From: a bacterium
Lineage (GTDB): Bacteria; Patescibacteriota; Microgenomatia; UBA10105; UBA927
Direction: 5' to 3'
Assembly (NCBI GenBank): GCA_021817785.1
Contig: JAKAFY010000006.1
Coordinates: forward strand, 2,067 to 66,066
DNA: 64,000 nt
Shown: one piece after another, positions 58,971 to 64,000 of the stretch
Layout of the letters: every line of letters begins with the position of its first letter
Position numbering within the stretch: the stretch's first letter is position 1
The notes under the pieces: generated by a model
The model's database searches: none
Seen by the model: the letters and a program-made list of their open reading frames with translations, nothing else
Told to the model about the DNA's origin: nothing
Program-made: the position numbers and the translations under genes

Positions 58971-59686
58971 AAAAAATACTACAACCCGCCATATTGTTAA
59001 CGGATATATCAAAAAAATACGAAATTCATCACGAAAAACCCACATTGGTGGAAAAATTTATCCATGGGCGAAATGAGACATTTTGGGCACTCCAGAGGAT
59101 CAATATGCGGGTGTACCCGAATGAACGGGTGGCGATAATCGGCGCCAACGGATCAGGAAAAACTACATTATTAAAAATAATCTGCGGCATTGCCACCCCA
59201 ACCACAGGAGCGATTCAAATCTCAGGCAAAATCGTTTCGCTCATAGACATTGTTGCTGGTTTTCAATCTGATCTGACCGGATATCAAAATATATTTATAA
59301 ACGGTTTGCTTATAGGAATGACGGAGCAAGAAATAATGCACAACATAGACTCCATTATATCGTTTGCCGACATAAAACAATTTATAGACGTTCCATTTTA
59401 TACGTACTCAAGCGGCATGGCGCTACGATTGGGCTTTGCTATTGCTATTCATGCAAAGCCGGATATTTTATTAATTGACGAGGGGTTGGGGGTAGGGGAC
59501 AAGAATTTTCAAAAAAAATCGGAACGGGCAATCCGGACATTACTAAAAAAGCGCATTACAGTCATCATGGTATCCCATCAGCTAAATCTCATTAAGCACA
59601 TTTGCAATAGGGTTATCATTCTCAACAAGGGGACAATTACAGCAGACGGGCCAATCGATATTCTCAAACAGCACGGATACGAATAA
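58967..59686 (+). CDS. wzt: ABC polysaccharide exporter ATPase (Wzt) 2
   Basis: GANGSGKTT, YSSGMALRLGF, LLIDE and VSH. ATGA overlap with wzm. Confidence 0.92.
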   Translation: MKKILQPAILLTDISKKYEIHHEKPTLVEKFIHGRNETFWALQRINMRVYPNERVAIIGANGSGKTTLLKIICGIATPTTGAIQISGKIVSLIDIVAGFQSDLTGYQNIFINGLLIGMTEQEIMHNIDSIISFADIKQFIDVPFYTYSSGMALRLGFAIAIHAKPDILLIDEGLGVGDKNFQKKSERAIRTLLKKRITVIMVSHQLNLIKHICNRVIILNKGTITADGPIDILKQHGYE

Positions 59687-59692
59687 CAAACC

Positions 59693-60529
59693 ATGTGGAT
59701 TGCAAAAACCAATTTTGGTCTGAAACGTTTCGTAGGCATATTATTTCTTTTATCTGTTCTCCCATATATCAACCTCAGCGCGACAAACGGAAACACCTTG
59801 TTCTTTGCGATTCTTTTAATAACGTATATAGGTCTCGTTTTCTATAATGTTTATGACCGTGGACTTATCATTCGTATAAAGAAATTTTCTGTTGGCAAAA
59901 CAAAATATGAAGTACGTCTATGTATGTATTTTAAGTCATCACAACTAAGCACGAAATCAATTGTTATCACTCCCTCAGGAGCTATATTATCATCAATTCC
60001 GCTTGCAACTGGAGGGGAGTGGACATACTTTCCGTTTATTACGACGCTACTAAACAACCACCAGATCAAACGGGCGCTTGTATTGGGTGGCGGGGGAGGA
60101 GCAATACCATATATGCTTCTTCGTCATGGTATTTGTTTATCGGTTGATACAGTGGAAAAATATGCTTGCATGATTTCTATCGCCAAACAATATATGTTAC
60201 CAAAGCCGTTACCAACAGGATTACATCTTATCCATAATGACGCAAAAAAATATCTATCAAAAACAATAAAACCTTTTGATCTCATTATTGTTGATATATT
60301 TGAGGGAACTGTTCCTCAACTTGTGTGGGATAAACAGTTTATTAGCTCCATCAAACGATCTCTACGCAAAGACGGAATCCTCATAGTTAATTTCGGATTT
60401 AAGGAAAAAACGAATATTACAGAATTAGAACAATTGTATTCAAATACAATCTCTAATTTTTCTCTATACTACATAAACAACGCGATCATTGGTATTAGCA
60501 ATGCAACACCAACGTACGATAGAATTTGA
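59693..60529 (+). CDS. Membrane-anchored class I SAM-dependent methyltransferase (spermidine-synthase-like fold)
   Basis: Two N-terminal TM segments, ALVLGGGGGA, VE, DA..YL, FDLIIVD and GILIVN. Confidence 0.8.
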   Translation: MWIAKTNFGLKRFVGILFLLSVLPYINLSATNGNTLFFAILLITYIGLVFYNVYDRGLIIRIKKFSVGKTKYEVRLCMYFKSSQLSTKSIVITPSGAILSSIPLATGGEWTYFPFITTLLNNHQIKRALVLGGGGGAIPYMLLRHGICLSVDTVEKYACMISIAKQYMLPKPLPTGLHLIHNDAKKYLSKTIKPFDLIIVDIFEGTVPQLVWDKQFISSIKRSLRKDGILIVNFGFKEKTNITELEQLYSNTISNFSLYYINNAIIGISNATPTYDRI

Positions 60530-60532
60530 CCT

Positions 60533-61306
60533 ATGCAGACATTCCATATACCTATTGCAGGAACCGCATTTGATATCCAAACAGATGAAGCAGAAATTAT
60601 CCGCTTCATATCAAACGTATACGCATCTTCCCAACTGCCGATATTAAAAAACGATCCGCTGACAACAATTACTATCTCATACGGCCCCGCACATATAACG
60701 GTCGATATTACAAAAAAAATGGCACTTATTTTAACGCCAGAAAAATCCCCGAATTTGCCATTAGTGTTTGATATGGTACGGTCCGGAGTTAGTCAATTTC
60801 TTCCATTGCATGATGCGTTGCTACTCCATGCATCAGTCGTTGTATCAGATAATCAAGCATATATTTTTTCAGGACCGGTAGGTGCCGGAAAATCTACCAT
60901 ACGGAAGCTTCTTAATGCCAAGCCATGCTACGGTGACGACACGGCTGTCTTGAAGCGGGAAACGCATGGCTGGGTAGCATACCCATCACCACTCTACGAG
61001 TCGTCCCAACGCGTCTATGAAGGGAAAAAGGTGCCAATAAAAGGCATATATTTTATTTATCAAAATAAAAATCAGCTAACTCGACTTCCCTTATCAACTG
61101 CTTACATAGAAGTCGTACGTGGCCTCAAACATTATCTTAATGACCCCTTTACGATTCATTCTACTGGCGTTAACAATCTTGAAAAGCATGTTACCAATGT
61201 GACAAATGACTTATGCGAACAAATAGCGCGATCTATCCCCTGTTATTCTCTTGGATTCAGCAACAACAATCTTGCGTTTTGGGATTTGGTACGGTACACT
61301 CGCTAG
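60533..61306 (+). CDS. HprK-related kinase (RiPP-cassette type)
   Basis: LLLHASVV..AYIFSGPVGAGKST..YGDDTAVL: His, P-loop and DD of the HprK/PEPCK fold. Confidence 0.85.
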   Translation: MQTFHIPIAGTAFDIQTDEAEIIRFISNVYASSQLPILKNDPLTTITISYGPAHITVDITKKMALILTPEKSPNLPLVFDMVRSGVSQFLPLHDALLLHASVVVSDNQAYIFSGPVGAGKSTIRKLLNAKPCYGDDTAVLKRETHGWVAYPSPLYESSQRVYEGKKVPIKGIYFIYQNKNQLTRLPLSTAYIEVVRGLKHYLNDPFTIHSTGVNNLEKHVTNVTNDLCEQIARSIPCYSLGFSNNNLAFWDLVRYTR

Positions 61307-61307
61307 C

Positions 61308-61592
61308 ATGAAAAAATTAACGGTAAAAACAATTATTAAAAAAAATAGAGACGTGGTACAAAAAGAACTTAATGGCATTACGTATCTCATGAATCCTCAT
61401 GACAAAACCGTTCATACCCTGAACGAAACTGCTTCGTTCATCTGGAAATCATTTAACACACCGACATCTATCCAAATGATAGCGGATAAATTAACGTCCG
61501 AGTATAAAATAGATAAACACAAAGCGCTTGAGGATATTCTTGACTTTGTAGAAATGTATATTGATCATGACATGATTCTCGCTTCAACATAA
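61308..61592 (+). CDS. PqqD-family RiPP recognition element (stand-alone RRE)
   Basis: VHTLNETASFIWK..IADKLTSEYKID..ALEDILDFV, 94 aa. Starts 1 nt after the kinase stop. Confidence 0.9.
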   Translation: MKKLTVKTIIKKNRDVVQKELNGITYLMNPHDKTVHTLNETASFIWKSFNTPTSIQMIADKLTSEYKIDKHKALEDILDFVEMYIDHDMILAST

Positions 61593-62341
61593 TGTCGTCA
61601 CTATCACATTGGCTGATTCTCCACAAAAAACAGGTTAAAAATACTTTGTTCGTCTTTGCACATCCCGATGACGAAGTTATTCATGGCGGAGCACTCTTAT
61701 ATTGGATGGCTGCACATAGCTTTACCCCGCACGTTCTCATTCTGACCCATGGGGAGAATGGAATAAATCGTACATATACAAATCGTAGCCGTCTCACAAA
61801 TATACGTCACAAAGAATTTATCGCCGTCATGAAACAGGCTCATATAATGCATGCCTCAATCCTACATTTACCAGACGGGGGGTTGATTGCATGCCAACGC
61901 GATACACGTTCGATAATCCACACCTACTGTCATGATCATCATATAGGGGCAATCGTCACCCACGACCCCACAGGGGGAACGGGTCATCCAGATCACATTA
62001 CTATTAGTTGGATATGCAAACAACTTGCCACCGCAAATAATCTTCATTTATTTTATTCGATAGATCCGATGATTCAATACAATAAGGATATAAAATATAC
62101 GCGGTATGAGCTAGCACTTTCCAAAAAAATGGTGCTGAAAAAGATTCAACTTCTTGAGATGTATGTGAGTCAAATTACCAAAAAAGAAATCTCTGCCATA
62201 ACGCTCCGGTTATTATTTACACCATACGAATATTTTGCATGTATTAAGAAAGGACCACGCGTCGCATTCAAATATACTCGGTTTCACCCAAGAGGATATA
62301 CGTTTGTACCTGATACACATACTCGTACTGTGCATGTTTAA
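61592..62341 (+). CDS. PIG-L/LmbE family deacetylase 2
   Basis: FAHPDDE, THGENG, R.KE, LPDG and GHPDH. TAATG-coupled to the RRE gene. Confidence 0.9.
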   Translation: MSSLSHWLILHKKQVKNTLFVFAHPDDEVIHGGALLYWMAAHSFTPHVLILTHGENGINRTYTNRSRLTNIRHKEFIAVMKQAHIMHASILHLPDGGLIACQRDTRSIIHTYCHDHHIGAIVTHDPTGGTGHPDHITISWICKQLATANNLHLFYSIDPMIQYNKDIKYTRYELALSKKMVLKKIQLLEMYVSQITKKEISAITLRLLFTPYEYFACIKKGPRVAFKYTRFHPRGYTFVPDTHTRTVHV

Positions 62342-62504
62342 TCGTTCTGGTCTGAGTCTCTGAAATGCGAAAAGGGGGACTCATCTCTAAATCCCTAGGC
62401 CACAGCCGCCGCCATGAGCGTTATCAAGGACCAATGAAGCAACGCTCTTTCGATAGAATTAAGCCGGGTTCTTTCCGCACCGAATAGATTCCTCTCATAG
62501 AGGG

Positions 62505-62612
62505 CTACATGATGGTCGCGGTTTCCGACGTCAAAATGGCAAGTTTCTCTATTTTTACTGATGGTTTCTGGTATTTTTTCATTCCGGCTGACTTTTTTAT
62601 TATTTTTTTCAT
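62505..62612 (-). CDS. Putative RiPP precursor peptide (not in the ORF track)
   Basis: SD AAGGAGG-7 nt-ATG; MKKIIKKSAGMKKYQKPSVKIEKLAILTSETATIM*. KKYxKP leader motif, ~0.9 kb from the RRE gene. Confidence 0.7.
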   Translation of the reverse strand: MKKIIKKSAGMKKYQKPSVKIEKLAILTSETATIM

Positions 62613-62694
62613 CGTATATCCTCCTTGTCTATTAAATATAACAATTATTAAACGTATGTCAACACTCCGCTTTCGGTGCTATACTACCCCAATC

Positions 62695-63711
62695 ATGATT
62701 CGCCACACGTTATCAGTAATCATTCCGACTCGCAAACGAGCAGCCACACTTCAAAATACCTTGGCTGCTTTGTCGCTCCAAAATCCGAAGCCTCACCAGG
62801 TGATTATCGTAAATAATTGCGTTGATAAACAAACTGATTCGGTCGTTGCAGCGTTTACCAGTAGCTTGCCGATACAATATTATTCCGAGCTGCGAACGGG
62901 ACCGTCATTTGCGCGCAATACGGGGTTTCGACATGCTACGGGCACCGTAATTGCATTTTTAGATGACGACTGCGTGCCTGCAAAACACTGGGTCCGCGAT
63001 ATCCTGGCCACATACAAAACCAACGCATATCCTGACAGGATCTTCCAAGGATATTGCTCACACGTGTTCCCGACAACCAATATTCTCACCGATATGTTTT
63101 ATTTCCGAAATACATATAACATACCCAAAAATATTGGCGCCCGGCGCGGTAATACACTCCGTGTTATTGACTCGACGCTTGCCGGTTGTTGTTTCATGAA
63201 TCGAAACGTGCTTGATAAGATGCCGTACGTATTCGATACGGAATTATTTCCATTTATCGGTGAAGAAAGAGACTTCAGCGTACGAGCACAGCTTGCCGGG
63301 GCCGTCATAATGCAACATCCAAAAGTTGCGGTTGTGCACTATAAACAGGCGGCACGAAATCCGTTGAAATCTTTTCAAAACGCATTTATGGTTGGCAGAG
63401 CGTATAAAATCATGCAGCTCAAATATCTTCCATATTCACCAGCGAGGCAATTGTTTGGAGCAGAAGTCAAATCTTTGCCACATGAACCCCACATCATGGT
63501 ATGGCATCATATTCGCCTTTTTTGGGAGTTATATCATAATAAATCCGTATTCTGGAAATGCGCTGCATTTTCATTTGAGACAGTTAGGTCTCTTTTTTCA
63601 TTATTCGGCATGGCATATACTCAAATAGTGTTTGGCGGACGATTCAATGATCTGAAGACGACGCATTCATCCACAACACGACGCGATACGCTGTTGCCAA
63701 CAAGCGGATAA
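62695..63711 (+). CDS. Glycosyltransferase family 2
   Basis: LSVIIPT, GPSFARNTG, FLDDDC and GEERDF. Start moved to ATG 62695, just after a TGcTATACT box, which frees the precursor ORF. Confidence 0.88.
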   Translation: MIRHTLSVIIPTRKRAATLQNTLAALSLQNPKPHQVIIVNNCVDKQTDSVVAAFTSSLPIQYYSELRTGPSFARNTGFRHATGTVIAFLDDDCVPAKHWVRDILATYKTNAYPDRIFQGYCSHVFPTTNILTDMFYFRNTYNIPKNIGARRGNTLRVIDSTLAGCCFMNRNVLDKMPYVFDTELFPFIGEERDFSVRAQLAGAVIMQHPKVAVVHYKQAARNPLKSFQNAFMVGRAYKIMQLKYLPYSPARQLFGAEVKSLPHEPHIMVWHHIRLFWELYHNKSVFWKCAAFSFETVRSLFSLFGMAYTQIVFGGRFNDLKTTHSSTTRRDTLLPTSG

Positions 63712-64000
63712 ACATAGAATACCCTCTGGTTTTCCGATACGTATAACGCACAATAAGTCTATGAATAAATCGTACACTTGGCGCATTCAAGCTATAGGTT
63801 TTACCAGCTATTGTAAGCCGCGTTGCTACGCCAATAATTGAACTTCTTGCAAGCCATCCGTCTGAATACCCCAGCGCATCTCCTTTGATTTCATATGTTA
63901 CAGATGGTTGCTCTTTTATGTGTACCACTCTGTGTCCGATAAGATCATTTCCCCGGTAGAATACAACGACATCGCCACATTGCGCGGTCAAGTCATAATC
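63644..64000 (-). CDS. S24/S26 (signal-peptidase-like) peptidase, 5' end outside the window
   Basis: GDVVVFYR..LIGHRVV..KGDA..DG. The frame stays open to the window edge, so the catalytic Ser motif is not visible. Confidence 0.75.
   Translation of the reverse strand, partial: DYDLTAQCGDVVVFYRGNDLIGHRVVHIKEQPSVTYEIKGDALGYSDGWLARSSIIGVATRLTIAGKTYSLNAPSVRFIHRLIVRYTYRKTRGYSMFIRLLATAYRVVLWMNASSSDH

Noticed and set aside
62421-62507. Pyrrolysine insertion at the precursor TAG
   Set aside because: No pyl genes or tRNA-Pyl are seen, and TAG is used as a normal stop elsewhere in the window.
60533-62612. PQQ biosynthesis or a canonical lasso peptide cluster
   Set aside because: No pqqB/C/E and no ExxxY core. 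No asparagine-synthetase-like cyclase or transglutaminase-like B2 protease lies in the window, although these cannot be excluded beyond 64 kb.
62509-62694. N-terminal extension of the GT2 as given by the ORF track
   Set aside because: The GT2 domain begins at MIRHTLSVIIPT after a -10 box. The extension is the antisense of the SD-led small ORF.

Overview
Bacterial chromosomal window read with standard code 11. Gene content (DUF4012-like and DUF5652-like genes, a stand-alone four-helix-bundle gene, a short ValRS, tRNA genes lacking CCA, many apparently leaderless genes) suggests Patescibacteria/CPR, Microgenomates-like; this is an inference. From 1 to 36 kb the window is mostly housekeeping: ftsH (partial), valS, efp/epmA, rplY, rnhA, jag-yidC-yidD-rnpA-rpmH, murD2-murL and three tRNAs. 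From 36 to 64 kb is a large, mixed-orientation surface-glycan locus with two Wzm/Wzt ABC pairs. Two systems stand out. (1) At 1.5-6.4 kb, a T-box-controlled operon carries a tRNA-Trp with archaeal/eukaryotic identity (G1:C72, A73), an uncharacterised protein resembling a degenerate class Ic synthetase, an archaeal-type TrpRS, and a YbaK-TrpRS-tRNA-binding triple fusion. (2) At 58-64 kb, a RiPP-like cassette sits inside the glycan locus: HprK-like kinase, PqqD/RRE, S24/S26 peptidase, methyltransferase, deacetylases, GT2, Wzm/Wzt, and a 35-codon ORF missed by the ORF track, with a strong SD and a YxxP leader motif. Other points of note are an ultrashort-stem-I Val T-box, an initiator-type tRNA lacking the 3GC pairs, a four-helix-bundle gene bracketed by a perfect 15-bp inverted repeat, and small palindromic elements, one inside a coding linker. 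All product calls come from motif recognition by eye; no database search was run.
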